Source: the human T2T-CHM13v2.0 reference genome, Homo sapiens
DNA length: 64,000 nucleotides
Assembly (NCBI RefSeq): GCF_009914755.1
Contig: NC_060934.1
Reading direction: 5' to 3' (one strand)
Positions 45,923-62,026 of the stretch are shown here, in pieces. Below the pieces are notes generated by a model. The model made no database searches. It saw only the letters and a program-made list of their open reading frames with translations, and had not been told where the DNA came from. A program made the translations under genes and the position numbers. Position 1 is the stretch's first letter. Each line of letters starts with the position of its first letter.

Positions 45923-46299
45923 CACCAGCACTCTCTCGCCCAATTTAATTGCAAATACTCTAAGGCATCGCTCAAGACCTCTGTGCTTGTGTGTCTCCAA
46001 CTAGCCAGAAACTTGTTGCACAGTTGTCAACTTTGATCTCCACTTCCTCTAGGTGCCTTGGGCCAGCCTGTTCTGAGTGTCTGAAGGCAGGTCATAACGA
46101 CTTCACTGTAGTCACCCCAGTAAGAAGACACGGAAACAGGCTATCCTCAGCACAGCTCCCAGGACCAGCTGGATGCTTTGAACTCTAGAGGAGTAAGCCT
46201 GATCTCCACAGACCTGAGGATCATAGAATTTTAAAATGGAGAATAATATTAGAAGTAGTGTTATACAAAATCATTTTATAGGAAATCAGGTACAATACT

Positions 46300-46500
46300 A
46301 AGGATAATGAACATTTACTCAGCACTCACTCTATGTTCTTTAATCTTCACAACAGCCTCATGAGATAGGTATAATTATTATGCCCACTTTAAAGGGGATA
46401 AAACTGAGACTTGGAGTGGTTAAGTATCTTGCTCGGGAATCACTCATTGTATAAGTGATGCAAACCCAGCTTTGTTTGATTCCACCCTTGTGCTCCTAAC
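46300..46500 (-). mobile_element. MIR
   Basis: 'tttaatcttcacaacagcctcatgagataggtataattattatgcccactttaaaggggataaaactgagac'. Confidence 0.75.
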
Positions 46501-46631
46501 TACGATTGAGCAAGGCTTTTAACCAAGAGAAATGGAGCAATTCCCTCTGCAGATACACTGTAATATCCGGGATTGGGATCTGTGTCACTGGACTTATAGT
46601 TCTTTCCCTTCTACAGTAAGACAGGTTTATC

Positions 46632-47162
<531 letters not shown>

Positions 47163-48090
47163 CGATGGTTTTATCTTAAAGCAAGCATTAAGTGTCATGT
47201 GTTTCTGGCCCTGAGTACTGAATTCAAGCACAACTACAATAATGAAAAAGATTCATTATCTCCCAAAGCATTATAACTGAATATGCAATAGCATAGAAGT
47301 ACCATGTAAATCACATCCTAGCAGAGATAAAAGGTTTAGTTCTACCTGTTCCTTTTCCAAAGGGCGTATCAGATTTCCTATTGTGCCTGAAATGTGTATA
47401 TTTGGTACTCAATACTGAACACATGATGCCTTAATGACACAGCATTTTTGACAGCTATTCCGAAAAGTAGGCTGTGTCTACCTAACTTCCAAGGAATTAA
47501 ATTGAAAATTGTTTTCAAGCCAATCAATCTGTTGTTTGATGTTACATATGACAAAGAGCTTCCTGAAACTAACCAATCGTTTGATAAAATAGGCTGGCTT
47601 TTAGAGTCATAAATATTACTACAGTGTCAAATTGTTCCTTAGGAGGTAAAATTTTAAAGTTGTGGGTGTTAGACTAGCTATTGATTTGTTCAGGTTAGTA
47701 AAGGGACAAGAGTTGAATGGGCTGGAGGTAGAGGCTATTAGGGAAAAGAATTAGTAAGAGATTACCTGGACTTGTCAGACAATCCAGAACAAAAAACTGT
47801 TGACCAACATTGTACAACAGCACATCTTTTTCTGAGTATCCCAAACTTACTAGAATATCATGACAGTCACTTTACCAGGACTTAGAGGCTGGCAGGGGGT
47901 AGAGGGTTGGTGAATGGGAATCCAAAAAAAAATTCCTTAATTATACTATCAAAATCCCTCCTTTTTTCTCTGTCTTGGACCTAAAGTTTCTGCAAGGTGA
48001 GAGAGTCTAATTAAATTTCTCACTTCCCTAAGACTATAGTCTTTTAGCTCTGCTATGATCTGCTCCCACAATGGTCTGGCTTAACTTGCA

Positions 48091-48398
48091 TTTTTTTGTG
48101 GGGGGGAGACAGAGTTTCACTGTAGTTGCCCAGGCTGGAGTGCAATGTGCAATGGCGTGCAGTCCTGGCTCACTGCAACCTCTGTCTCCTGTGTTCAAGT
48201 GATTTTACTGCTTCAATCTCCCACGTAGCTGGGATTACAGGTGCCTGCCACCTTGCCCAGCTAATTTTTTGTATTTTTAGTAGAGACGGAGTTTCACCAT
48301 CTTGGCCAGGCTCGTCTCGAACTCCTGACCTCAGGTGATCCACCCACCTCAGACTCCCAAAGTGCTAGTATTACAGGCATGAGCCACCGTGCCCAGTC
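48091..48398 (-). mobile_element. AluS
   Basis: Antisense dimer with a small internal gtgcaat duplication. Confidence 0.9.
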
Positions 48399-50925
48399 GA
48401 CACCTGTGAGTATTACAACTACAGAACTCTCTAAAATCTTAGACTGTTAGAATGGGGCATGGCCTTTGAGATTGTTTAATCCAGAAGGTTTCAAGCTATA
48501 ACATGGTAGTGCTTTTTAAGCAGTAAAATCCTTTATTTAAAATAAATCCCACTCAGCCACAATCTATAAGAGAGTTCAGGTTGGAGATGGCCTGGTTGAA
48601 ATTAGGGGGTAGCTGGGTCAAGTCTCACTGGTCCTCTGTCTTGATTCCCACATCCTTGAAATTCTTTCAAAAATCCAACAAATCACCAGAAAACTGTTTG
48701 CAAATTTAGAGTTGGAAACCTCAACTTCAAGATCAGAGAGTGCCTTAAAAGATCTGGGAGTGCATTTGTGTCAGAGGCTGAATAGGGCCTGTCTTGGCTT
48801 CATCCAGTCCAGAATGTGTAGCTATTGAACTTCCAGCTCTCCTAAAGAAACTTCTCACTTCTTCCCGAAGTCAGACTGCCCATGTTAGCTACTTAGCAAC
48901 TCTCACTCAGTACAGCACCCAGGAATGTATGGAAGTCTCCTGTCAGGAGCAGAGGCCTTCCCCTTACCATGCAATTTACCTAAAGAGCCTACTTTGGTTC
49001 TTCATGCCAAGACTATTGGGCTGAGAACTAGCTGTTACACTCTGGCACCCAAGTGTAATTACTGTATTCACTTGGATGATGAAACAGAAACAAAGACAAG
49101 AATCTGCCAGATCCACAGTGTGATAGATTAATTTGAACTCTATCAGCATGTATGGAGATTCAGGGACTTCATTGTTTAGCTACAGAGCTCTTTGCAGAGC
49201 TTGCATCTGTTGGTCATCTGTGCTGCTGTTTGCAGCCATAAGCTAGGCATCTAGGCAGATGTTGGACAATGCCGGCCTATGTAGCCTGGCCTTCATTAGT
49301 GCCATGAGGAGGAAATGCATTGCACTAATGTTCATAGCAGTGGCTGAAACCCCACAACAACACCCTGGATGCTGCCTGGGAGTGGCCCAGGCAATGGTGG
49401 AAGAACAGGACATACCAGGGCCCTGGGACACAGGAAGCCATTGTGCCTTAAGCCCCAGAGCTCTCTTCCAAAAGGGCCCCACACAGAAGGCATTGTTTCA
49501 ATGCCCTGAACACGTCTACAGCCCATTCCAGCTCATGATAATAAGCTAATTAAAACTTTAAAGCTTAGCAAAAAAATGCTTCACAGTCTCTATGTCTCAA
49601 TAAAAGACCAGGCTACAGGGCTCTGAGTGTGAACGCATGCACCGTCTACTCAAAGCTGCTCCTACTCAGAGCCTGCATGTCCTTCCTTCCTGGTGAGCAA
49701 AAGGCATCCCAGCTGCCTGCTTTAATGCACAGATCCATCCCTACCATATCTAAGACAGCTGATGTCCTCAATCAAATGTGACAACTGAGGATATAGCCAA
49801 AAGAACGCATTGAGTCAGGTGACCCCCCTGGGCAGTGTGGACCCCATCATAGAGAGCTAAATGGGCTTTATGCGCTGGGCTCAACAGGACTTGTAGGAGC
49901 TTGTTTAAGATTCCCAGGAAGGAGACTGAAGCCTTGCAAATGGAAAATGGGATGGAGAAACAGGAGCCACATAGACATCGGTGTACAGTTCTTAAGTCTG
50001 CAATAAATAATAACCGCTCTATCTACACTGCCAGGCCCCAGAAGGTTCCAAGTCTCCTGAATGTCCCAGGGGCCTCTCCTTCCAACCTTCAGGAAGCTTT
50101 TACACCAAGATGATTCAGTTCTCCCTTTATGAAGGCAGCACAAACTCAGCTTCTTCTTAGAAGAGGCAGGAAATTGGGGATTCTCTAAGGGCACTTTTAG
50201 AAAATTGAACATAGAACCTTTTATTAGCGAATGCATAGTCGGCTTTAGCTCTCACATTCATCAGAAGCACTTCAGGGAGAGAAAATTAATGATAATCCTA
50301 AGTACATAATGACTTGCTGGAGACCAGAAGCCTCCACTCTGATGGGTCTGACTGGAGCTTTGCCCCCACAGTAATGAAAGATGCCGCCTGTGAGCTTGAC
50401 CTTGGCTTGGTTCATGCTTCAGAGTAAAGCGCTGCAAAGTTGGTAGGGACTGCTTAATCTCTTTCCTGGTGACTGAAAGCAACTTAGATTGGGACCATTG
50501 GGAATAGTGCTGTACTTGGTTATTTTAAAAAAGACAGAAAGAAACTCTTTGCTTTCAATATTTCTTTCCAGTGTAAACATAAAAGCTCACAGAGCCCCTA
50601 GGAGAGTAGTACACAGGGCACAGAAAAGCAAGTTATTGTGCAAAAAAAAAAAAAAAAAAAAAAGAAAAAAAAGAAAAGGGTGCAGCCTTCCTATTAAAAG
50701 CACATTGGTTCAGTAGTACAGCTAAAGACAGAAATCAACCATACCCAGCCTAGTGTGTCAGTGAAATTGATGCTTTCTATTTTTCAGAACATGAATTGTG
50801 CAGCTATTACCCAGCAAGACACTTAGAAGTGGCTTTGCAATGTCATGCCTTTCTCCTCGATGCTGACATGGGGAGTGATTGCTTTAATTCACTCCTGGGT
50901 ACCTAGAACTTGGTTGGGTGGCTAT

Positions 50926-51744
<819 letters not shown>

Positions 51745-52965
51745 GTTATCACACATTAGACTTAGTTGTTATTTTTCTTTTTTCGATTCTCACTAAGGTG
51801 TAAATGTCTGATATCAGAGTTTGTTTTCGAAATTGGAGAGGAAAAGGGGGAAGACGCCTGTGTCTCACCCAGGCCCCTGAAATAGGAGCAAGAGCTTGGT
51901 GGAGTCCTTGGAAATTGTTTAAAGGGGAAACTGGAGGCAGGTAGAAGGCTTCACAGTTCTGTTAAAGTGGCCCTCACTGAGGTGTTGTGCTAGGAAGAAA
52001 AGACCTTGGGCATAACAAAGCCACATCCCAGACAGCCTGCAGCACACTCCTGTTGCCAGAGCTGGTGACTCACTATGACTATCCTTGTGGTTTCTGCTGG
52101 GCAGCTGGGCTGGGCCATTTAATGTTCATCATTAATTACTGTTGTCTCGATTCTTGTCATTAGAGTATCAACAGGTTTAAAATGAGCCTGAGTTTTTTAT
52201 GTTGAGATCAAAGGCAAACCAGTTGGGAGATGGTGGGCAGAGGGGTAGGAGAGAGGAGGGCCGAGTAAAGGGTGTTTCTGGGATTTCCACTGCTCCGGGG
52301 TAGGGTTGACCCCACCGTGGTACAGAGACACCGATGGGTTGTTCAGCAACTGAAGCACCAGCTTCCTCAGAGTCACTCTTGCCAAGAGTCAGGCGATGGC
52401 TTTATCTGGAGCCTCACAATACTGGTCACTTACTCCTTCCAAAGGCGTGAGGCCTCTGAGGTTAGAGAACCAGCATTTCACAGAAGGGAAGGAGAGGGGA
52501 ATGATGGAGACTTCACCTCCTCAGGGCAGAGTCCAGTGGCCAGATGAGTGGGAAGTCCTCTGATCCACAGCCCTTGCCCTCACTTCTTCTGGTTTCTGGA
52601 AGAGCACAAGTAGAGCTGGCCTGTCCCTCTTGAGTCATAACAGGGACCAGAGAACCTTTTGCTAAGGTTGTCCACTGTAGGTGCCCCATTCATGCCTCTG
52701 TACAGTGCCCACTTCTCCTTTCAGGAACTTGGGTGCTCTTGGACATGGCTCTTTCTTGGCCTGGTGTCCTTGAATCCCGCTCCCCCAAAAGCTTGTAAAG
52801 CTCTTTTGATGAGAATCAGGGGTCACCAAACTGGCTCAAGAGTATAACTGGAGTGAGGGGGCTGTGTGAGGATGGGAGCAGGCTGTCAAAGGCAAAAGCC
52901 ATGCCATTTGAAAGGTAGCCATCTGGGTGCCATAGCACCTGCATTCTTTTAAAATATATATTTTA

Positions 52966-53629
<664 letters not shown>

Positions 53630-53830
53630 ATTTTATTGATATATAGTTTTATGCATAAAATAGATAGATTTTAAGTGTAGAGTTCTATAGTTTTGACAAA
53701 TGTATCCAAATTACCAATACTCCAAAGAAGATCTAGGACATTTCCACCCCAAGAGTTTCCACCTGTCCTTCCCAGCTCCCCCATCCCATCCCAGAGACAT
53801 CATTGTTCTGATTTCTGTTCTCCACAGCCT
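53630..53830 (-). mobile_element. L1M (MB/ME-type) 3' end
   Basis: 'ttttattgatatatag...ttttaagtgtagagttctatagttttgacaaatgtat...tgttctgatttct'. Confidence 0.65.
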
Positions 53831-53931
53831 TTGTCTACCCAGGTAGACACTAGTGGTGGAACGCTTGCATCCCATACCCTCACATCATGGAACTAGCCCT
53901 CCACCCTCCCCCTTCTCTGCCAGGCGCATGT

Positions 53932-54526
53932 TGATACAGCTCTGAAGAGTGGAGGAACACCAGGTTCTTCGTCTGGAGTCAAATTAGATAAAACGACGCG
54001 GACACACTGGAGTGGTTTTAAGAAGCGGAGAGTTTAATTGGCAAGAAAGAAGGGGAAAGAAAGAAAGAAGAGGTCCCCTGTACAGAGACAGAGGGAGGAG
54101 GTTTCCAAAGCTGAGAGAGGGAATCCCAAGTGTGGTGGATACCAGCCAGGTATATGCAGAGGCTGGAGGAGGCAGTGTCTGATTTGCATAGGGCTTAGGG
54201 GATTGGTTTGATCAGGCATGACATTCACATAGCCCTTGAAAAAGCTGGCCCTCCCACCCTAGCCATTTAGTACGCAAATGCAGGCGCCATGATGTTCTAC
54301 ACACGTGGGGATATGTGGGGGCGGCCATGTTGCCAGGAACATGTGGATCAAAGTCAAGAAGGCCGGGAATCGCCATGTTTGGATGGACCCAGTTTCTAAT
54401 GGCTGGCATTTGAATAGCAAAGGTTGCTGACCTGGCTTTAAGAGCTGCTTTAAGAATGAAAACTTCCCAAGGACCCCTTTTTCCTGTCTATCTGCCTAAA
54501 ATAATTTCTTAATAACTCCTACAACA
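53932..54526 (-). mobile_element. LTR9-family (HUERS-P3-type ERV1) solo LTR, copy A
   Basis: Minus strand starts tgttgtaggagttattaagaaattattttaggcagatag; flanks gcatgt/gcattt; family name from recalled consensus. Confidence 0.75.
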
Positions 54527-54769
54527 GCATTTACTTGAATACACCTGTTGTGGGGGCAGAGTGTATAGCAGAGGTGATAAAAGAGGAGGAGAAGAAGCTC
54601 AGAGATGAGGATGGTAGCTAAAGTGCCATTGATCTGCCTTGGGCAGGTATTAAGCTGGATTCCGAGTAACCAGGATGGGAGAGGAATCTTGCTGGATTAA
54701 GGAGTGTTTTGTGTAGAGGAGGAGAGAAGAAGGAGGATAAAAATTTGTCCCTAAGACAGGAGGCAGCCT

Positions 54770-54990
54770 GGCCTCAGAGAAAGGCTCTGGGGTTGACAGC
54801 CCTGGCATTGCAGACACACTCACTAGCTCTGTCATCTTGGGATGCTTCCAGCTTTTGTGTTGGTGAATTGAGGTAATCATTTGGACTGTTAGTTAGGGGT
54901 GTTATGAAGTTTAAATGGGATAATGCAAATAAAACACCTATTGTAGGGCCTGACACATAATAGGTATTTCATATGTGATAGTAGCTGTAT
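54770..54990 (+). mobile_element. MIR
   Basis: 'ggctctggggttgacagccctgg...tgttatgaagtttaaatgggataatgcaaataaaacac...cctgacacataataggt'. Confidence 0.7.
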
Positions 54991-55025
54991 TACTGCTGCC
55001 AGGTAATCCCAGTTCTTAGTAAATG

Positions 55026-55026
55026 C

Positions 55027-55059
<33 letters not shown>

Positions 55060-55160
55060 TAATTGAGACAGAGTCTCACTCTATTGCCCCGGCTGGAGTG
55101 CAGTGGCAAGATCTTGGCTCACTGCAATCTCTGCCTCCTGGGTTCAAGTGATTCTCCTGC
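55026..55160 (-). mobile_element. Truncated Alu (3' part of right arm only)
   Basis: Poly-T plus right arm ending abruptly at 'gattctcctgc'; no TSD seen. Confidence 0.85.
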
Positions 55161-55944
55161 ATTAACCATAGTACAGTTCCATTTGGCCAATAAAATGACG
55201 AATTATTCAGAAATTTACAGGTCCTGTTTTTAATTATGCAAAAAGTCATTATTAAAGAGTGTTTTGCTATAACTAGGAGCTGAGCTTCCTTTAAACTTTT
55301 ATTGCCGCAGTAGGCTACCAAGTGAAAAACAAAAGAAAACCAAAATAAATGGACATAGTTCAAATCACAGCAACAACAACAAAAAACAATAAATAAAACT
55401 CCAAACCCAAGTTAAGCACTTAGTCACTTCATCATCAAATAAGACCAGGGATACTGAATTCAGATGAATAGAGCCGCTTTGGATAAAAAGATGGCACTGA
55501 CCAAGTCCCAGCCCAAAGTGTGGGCCAAACCAGACACAGCTGCTTGGGCACATAGAAAGTTTTCTAGATGTTGTTTTGATTTTATGTTCAAAATTCAGAG
55601 GGAGAAAAAAAAGTTGAGCCCACTGTAGGGTGGGAATCACCAGGTTACCTGCAGCCAGACACGGTGAAGATGATACATGGACACTAAAACACACAGACAG
55701 AAGAGTAGCTGGGTGTGAGAAAGCCCAAGGAAGAAGTTCCCAAGTAAGAAACATCCTGGACAGGATGACCTCAGAGTTTCCTTCCAAATCTGGAAATCCC
55801 CAGTTCTCTGTCCAGCCCTCCCAGCCCTCAGGGGAGCCAGGCAAACACAGTGAGAGATGGAATGTCATCTATGACAGGAACATCTGTAAGAAAGAGGCAC
55901 TTTTCATTTTCGATGAGGCAGAGGGTTACAAGGAAGGGTTAGGG

Positions 55945-58900
55945 GACCTTAGTTTCTGGTTATGATGTAGAAAGTCAAAAGAAGCTGTCTGCCACTCTTG
56001 CCCTAAAAACCAAATCAAGAAGAATCAGTGGGACAGGAGAAATCTACTTTAGATGGTAGGGAGAAACCCTTCAAACTTGTAAGAAAGTTTTAATGGCTAT
56101 GTGTGAGATAATGTGAAAAATTAGAATGTCAAGGAGTTCTATCCACAGAGCAAATCTGTATCCACTTATCAGCTTTTTAATGTAGGTTTTCACCAAGTTC
56201 ATGGGTGGTTATGTTAAACGCTGGGACCAGATAGCTTAGAGAGATCCTCACAAAGTATGATGGGTCTTCCCCAGGTGCAAGGCAGCCGATGTCTAAAGGT
56301 GGAGGACAGACCAGGAGAGCAAAGAGAAAAGCATCTAAGGCACTATGGGCTTTTAATGACCAAAGATTAGGGAGGGGCAGGCACACCTTGCTTTCAGATT
56401 TAAGAGGAACAGAAATTTGAGGACAGGCACAGAGAGCAAAGAGAGGTCATTAGTGATCTCTTTGCAGCCAGGCTGTAAGGCAGAGGGAGATCTCCTATGG
56501 TTTGTTGGAAAAACTGACAGCTTTGTGTATAACACAAAGAAATCTGTGGACTTTCAAGTTTTCACATTCTAGAACCTGCTGAAGGGGAAAAACTTACCTC
56601 TGTCTCAAAACATTTGAAGCCAGTGGGAAACTGAATCAAACTAAAGCTGAAACAAAGCTCAGACCCAAACTGACACCTATCAGATAGAGTTAGCCCTCCA
56701 GTCTTGAAGCCTGGCAAAAGAAAGGGCATGACATTTCTTAGGAGTATTATTTATTCCCCTTTCTGGTGTCCTTTTATATAAAATATCTGTTAGGCAATAA
56801 AATTTGGGGGAACTTTGAGATGAAAATAAACATTAACCATAGTCAAGAGAAGAAAGAGTCAATAAAACACACCTAGAGATAGTGTAGACAGGAATTTTAA
56901 AATATCAATAAATATGCTTAAAGGATGTAGTGGAAAAGGTAAACATTGTAGGAAAACAGATGAGAGTTTTAGTATAGAAATAGAAACTATGAAAAAGAAG
57001 TAAAAGAAATGCTAGTGAGATCTTGCTTCTGATTGAGATGGAGTAATCATGACTTGATTAACTCTTCTGTGTGAAACAAATGAAAAAAAAATCAAACAAT
57101 AGCAAACAATGATTTCCAAGACAATGGGCATTAAACAACAAGAGCAGTGATGCCTCAGACACAGATAATAAAATTGATGAATCCTACAAATGTTCCAGTT
57201 TATTGCCTTGTAACAGATTCCAGGCTGTGACACAGAGAAAGAGACCCAGCTGCAGCCCAGAAGACTCCTGAGTTGAAGAGATGGAGTGGAAAGTCTGGGA
57301 TACCAACTTAGCTAGAGTGTGTAGGACAGAATACCAGAGAGGGAAATTGAATAAAGAAATAACTCTGGAGAGCTACAGAGAGTCTCCATTAAGTATCAGG
57401 GAGAATATTGATCAGTGCATGTCTATGCATTCTCCTGAGGCTTGGAGGAAAAAAAATCACCCCAAAATATTAGAAGGAATAGTAACTGGTGCTCATGTAG
57501 GGATAAAAATGATGTTTTCCCCCCACAGCCTAGAGAAGAAAACCTTATACATCACACTTGGTAGTGTACCTATATATTAGTGACCTTGGGGTATGATAAC
57601 AAAATACCACAGACTGATTAGTTTAAACAACAGAAACGTATATTCTCACAGTTCTGGAAGCTGGAAAGTCCAAGATTCAGGTTCTGGCAAGGCTGAGTTT
57701 CTAGTGAGGGCTCTCTTCTTTGGCTTCTAGAAAGGCACCTTCTTGCTGTGTCCTCATATGACACCAACCTCTGGTGTCTCTTCCTTTTTTATAAGCACAA
57801 GTTCTATTGGATCAGGGCTCTACTTTTATGACCTTATTTAACCTTAATCACTTCCTTAAATGCCCTATCTCCAGTACAGTCACATGGGGGTTAGCACTTT
57901 GCCATATGAATTTGGGGGAGACACAAGTCAGTCCATAGCAAATTGGAATAGTCTTGTCTCAGAAGTGGGTAATAAGTAGGTCTAGTTCTGAGTAACAAAA
58001 TTTAGAAGTAAGAACTGAAAAGTTCAAACTGTTTCTGAGTAACACAGTTGTATGCTAGAAGTAAGGTCAGGAATATTATAGGTGTACAAAAATGTACAGA
58101 ATGCAATGAGGTAAAATTCATAGTTCTCACAATAAAAAATTACCAGGCATGTACAAAAGCAGAAAAATATAACACATAGTGAAGAGATAAATCAATCAAT
58201 CAAAACTGACCAGAACAGATAAAAGTGTTACAACTAGCAGAAAATGACATTAAGACAGTCATTTCATCAGTATTCCATAGATCTATAAATAAAGTAGAGG
58301 CATAGAAAGTATTAAAAAGACCTGAATTAGGCTTTTAGAGATAAAAACTACAATGTCTGTGATGAAAATATGTAGGGTGATATTAACAACAGATTAGATA
58401 CATCAGAAGAAAAGTTAGCAGGCTTGAGGACATGCCACTAAAAATCATCCAAAATGGAATACAAAGAGATAAAATAATTTAAAATTAACAGTGCACCAGT
58501 GGGTGGTAGGAAAATAGCAAGAAAACTAAGATAGTTGTAATTGTAGTCTATGAAGAGGAAGAGAAAATGAAGGACAAAAAAATATTTTAAAAAATAATGT
58601 CAAAAAATTTCCAAGTTGGATGAAAGCTATAAACTCACAAATCCAAGAAACTCAACGAACTCTAAGAACAAAAAAAACTTAAGGAAAACTACAAAAACTA
58701 CAAATAACATCCTAATTAAATTGCATAAAACCAAGGAAATCTGAAAAGCAGGCAGAAAAAAAAGAGAGAAGTTATATACAGAGAACAACGGTAAGGACGA
58801 CAGCAGATTTCTTGTCAGAAACAATCCAAGTGGGACGAAACTGGAGTGACACTTTTAATTTATAGAAAAGAAAAACAAAACAATCTAAAATTCTATATCC

Positions 58901-59360
58901 AGTAAGAAAAATCATTCAAATGTGATGGTAAAGACTTTTTTTATACTTACAAAAATTAAGAGAATTTAGTTCTTTTAGTTATCACCTCCAGACTTAAAAG
59001 ATATTAAAGATTACTATATATAATAAAGACCAAAGAAAAATTATACCAGAGTGAAATATGTTCTACACAAGGAATGAAAAATACTGGAAATGGTAAATAC
59101 ATAGGAAATATAAAATGTTTTTCTTTTTATTTAAATCTCATTAAAAGATAATTTACTGTTTAATGAAAATAATAAGGTGAGGTTTTTTACATATGGATGT
59201 AAAATACATGACAATAGCACAAAGGCCAGTAGGGAAGGAAATAAAACATACTATTGTAAGGTATACTATACATGAAGTGATATAATATTGCTTGAAGGTG
59301 TACTATGATAAGTTAGAGATGTATATCAACACCCTAAGGCAATCTTTAAAATAATGAGAC
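55945..59360 (+). mobile_element. Old L1M (L1MD/MC-like) 5' UTR/ORF1-region relic, interrupted by MLT1A
   Basis: A-rich degenerate ORF1-like stretches ('aaaaattaccaggcatg', 'aaaaatttccaagttggatgaaagctataaactcacaaatccaagaaactcaacgaac', 'cagcagatttcttgtcagaaacaat'); no intact frame. Confidence 0.65.
57572..57940 (-). mobile_element. MLT1A0-type MaLR LTR
   Basis: 'ataacaaaataccacagactg...atatgaatttgggggagacacaagtcagtccatagca'. Confidence 0.8.
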
Positions 59361-59364
59361 ATTT

Positions 59365-59531
59365 GTGATGGCATTTAGGGTGCACCAAGATAATTCAGGA
59401 TAATCTCCTTATTTCAAGTTTCTTAACTTAATTGCATCTGCAAAGATCCTTTTTCCAAATAAGGTAATGTTCACAGGTCCCAGTCGTGAGGATGTGGACA
59501 TATCTTTGGGGCCACCATTCAGCCTGTAACA
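59365..59531 (-). mobile_element. MLT1C/D fragment
   Basis: 'gataattcaggataatctcc...atctgcaaagatcctttttccaaataaggta...gggccaccattcagcct'. Confidence 0.7.
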
Positions 59532-59532
59532 G

Positions 59533-62026
59533 CAAGATTCCCTCATTTGGAGGCTTGACTGGAGAAAAATCTGCTTACAAACACAGATTTTTAGTTGAAG
59601 TCAGTTCTTTGTGGCTGTAAAATTGAAGGCTTTTATTTCTTGATGACTATTGAATAGAGGCTTTTATTACCTCCTAGAGGCCACCCACAGTTCTTGACCA
59701 TCTGGGGTTCCCCAAAAGGGCCATTTTCTTCTTCTTCTTCTTTTTTTTTTTTTTTTTTTTTTTTTGAGACAGAGTCTTGCTTCTTCACCCAGGCTGGAGT
59801 GCAGTGGTACAATCTTGGCTCACTGCAACCTCTGCCTCCCAGATTCAAGCAATTCTCATGCCTCAGCATCCTGAGTAGGTAGGATTACAGGCACACACCA
59901 CCATGCCTGGCTAATTTTTGTATTTTTAGTAGAGGCGAAATTTCACCATGTTGTCCAGGCTGGTCTCAAACTCCTGACCTCAGGTGATCCGCCTGCCTCA
60001 GCCTCCTAAAGTGCTAGGATTACAGACATGAGCCACCATGCCTAGCCCATTTTATTCTTTAAAGCCAACAAGGTAATGAAAGACTCCAGCAAGACAAGTG
60101 CTAAACTCTTATGGAAGGCAGTCATACACATGCAATCTTATATAGTGCCCAATCACCCATTGCCTTTGCCATGTTCAATTGGTTAGAAGCAAGTCCCACT
60201 TTCTACCTACTTTCAAGGGGCAGGAATTATGCAAGGGCATGGATACTAACTGGTGGTGGTTGTAGTCTGTCCTCTGGTCCTCAATGATTCATGTCTCTCC
60301 TACACGCAAAATACTTTCACCCCCCCACCAAGATCCCCGAGAATGTAATCTAATAACAGCATTTGCTCCAAGACCAGAGTTTCATTATCTAAATCAGGCC
60401 AGGTGTGGGTGAGGCTCCATGGACACATAGTTCCTCTCAACTGATGAATCTGTAAATGAAAGAGACAAATTATCTTCCCCCAACATCCAAGATACAATTC
60501 TGGGAGAGGTATAGGAAAGAAGCTGCAGACATTTTTCTTTAAAAAAGGGGAAATGGAGGATAAAAAGGAATCATTGGTCCATAATAATTCCAAAATACAA
60601 CTGAGAAAATGTTCAGATTTTTAAAATTAAATTTCAAACTTTGGGAATAATTCTCCATGGCTCTAGAATCTGCTTCCTGGGATCTTAGTTCTACCATCTG
60701 AGTCATTCTTCCTTTTCTAAATGAAAGTCAGCTCACGTTTGGAGTCATTTTATCAACCTGCTTCCTACTAGTAGAATTGGAGTTACAAGGGTCTCTTTTC
60801 ATTTGATCCTATCTCTGTCCCACTTAGTCCAACCTGGCAGTGTTTCTTCTGAAAGAATTTTCTCAAGAACTTTGTGGGCCTTCCATGAATTTCCCTGGGG
60901 TTTACTCCATTAGACACATCTTCACCCACAGATGTTTTCTAGAAAAGTCCTTCTCTACCTTGGGCTTCTGCCGAGGTTGCTGAGGGACAATGCATTTCAT
61001 TTTCCTAGAGGCCCTGTGGTTTGATTGAGAAGATCTGTGAGGCATACCCTTAATTTTTTGAAAGAGCCCTTTGTGTGGCTGAACCCTCTGGCCTTTTGCT
61101 CTTTCTGAGATTTTAGGAAAAGATCGTATAGTCATAGCCTTGGCTTTTTCTCATGTGTGTGGTTTTCTGGAGTGCTTGGAAGCTATCTCTCCATTTTAGC
61201 ACATTTTAACATTTGGAAAGGCTGAGAATTTTCAAGATCAAGTCTTGCTTCCTATTAGTTCAATAGTTTTTTTCCCCTCAATCTGTCTCTCTCTTTACAC
61301 AATGTATTATGAGCAGCAAGGATACACCAAATGGTAACTTCAAGCATTTTGCTTGGAATTATCTTTAGATAACTAAGTTTATCATTTTCAAGCTCTACTT
61401 TTTATACATTTCAAGAGACAATTGTGCTATGCTTTCTGTCACTTATCTGAGAAGGACCCCTCTTCCTCCAGTTTCCAATCACATGTTATACTTTCTGCAG
61501 CATAACAATGTTGCCACAAACTTAGCAGCTTAAAACACAACACACATTTATCATATTACAATTTCTGTGGGTCAGGAGTTTGGGTGTGGTTAGTTGGTCC
61601 CTCTGCAATTAAAGGGTCAGTTGAGGCAAAGTTTTCACCTGGGGAAGAATACACTTCCAAAGTCGTACATTCATTGGCAGAATTCAGTCCTTTGTGGCTA
61701 CAGGACTGAGAAATTCTGTTTCTTTATGGCTGCTGGCTGGATGTCAGCCTCAGCTCCTAGAGGCCAATTATCATTCCTTGTCATGTGAGGAAGCAACATG
61801 GCCATTTGCTTCTTGAAAGGTAACAAGGAAGTGAGAGACTCCTGGACAAGTGCTACAGTTTTATCTAATATAATCACATAATGATATATGCCATCACTTT
61901 TGCTGTATTTCATTGGTTAGAAGCAAGTCACAGTTCATGCTTACAATCAAGAGGAAGGGATAATACACATATGTGACTACCAAGAGGCAGGAATCCTGGA
62001 GGCCACCTTAAGATATGTCTACCACA
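59533..62026 (-). mobile_element. MLT1E/F-type MaLR with LTR - internal - LTR structure
   Basis: LTR-like ~59533-60265 and ~61495-62026 share 'ctcctagaggcca', 'gccaacaagg/ggtaacaagg', 'ttggttagaagcaagtc'; intervening ~1.2 kb resembles MLT1-int ('cctctggtcctcaatgattcatgtctctcctacacgcaaaatac'). Confidence 0.7.
59726..60047 (-). mobile_element. AluS inside the MLT1 LTR
   Basis: Antisense dimer. Confidence 0.95.

Noticed and set aside
55365-55965. 167-aa and 111-aa overlapping ORFs
   Set aside because: No recognisable homology or supporting exon structure; partly overlap a MIR-like remnant
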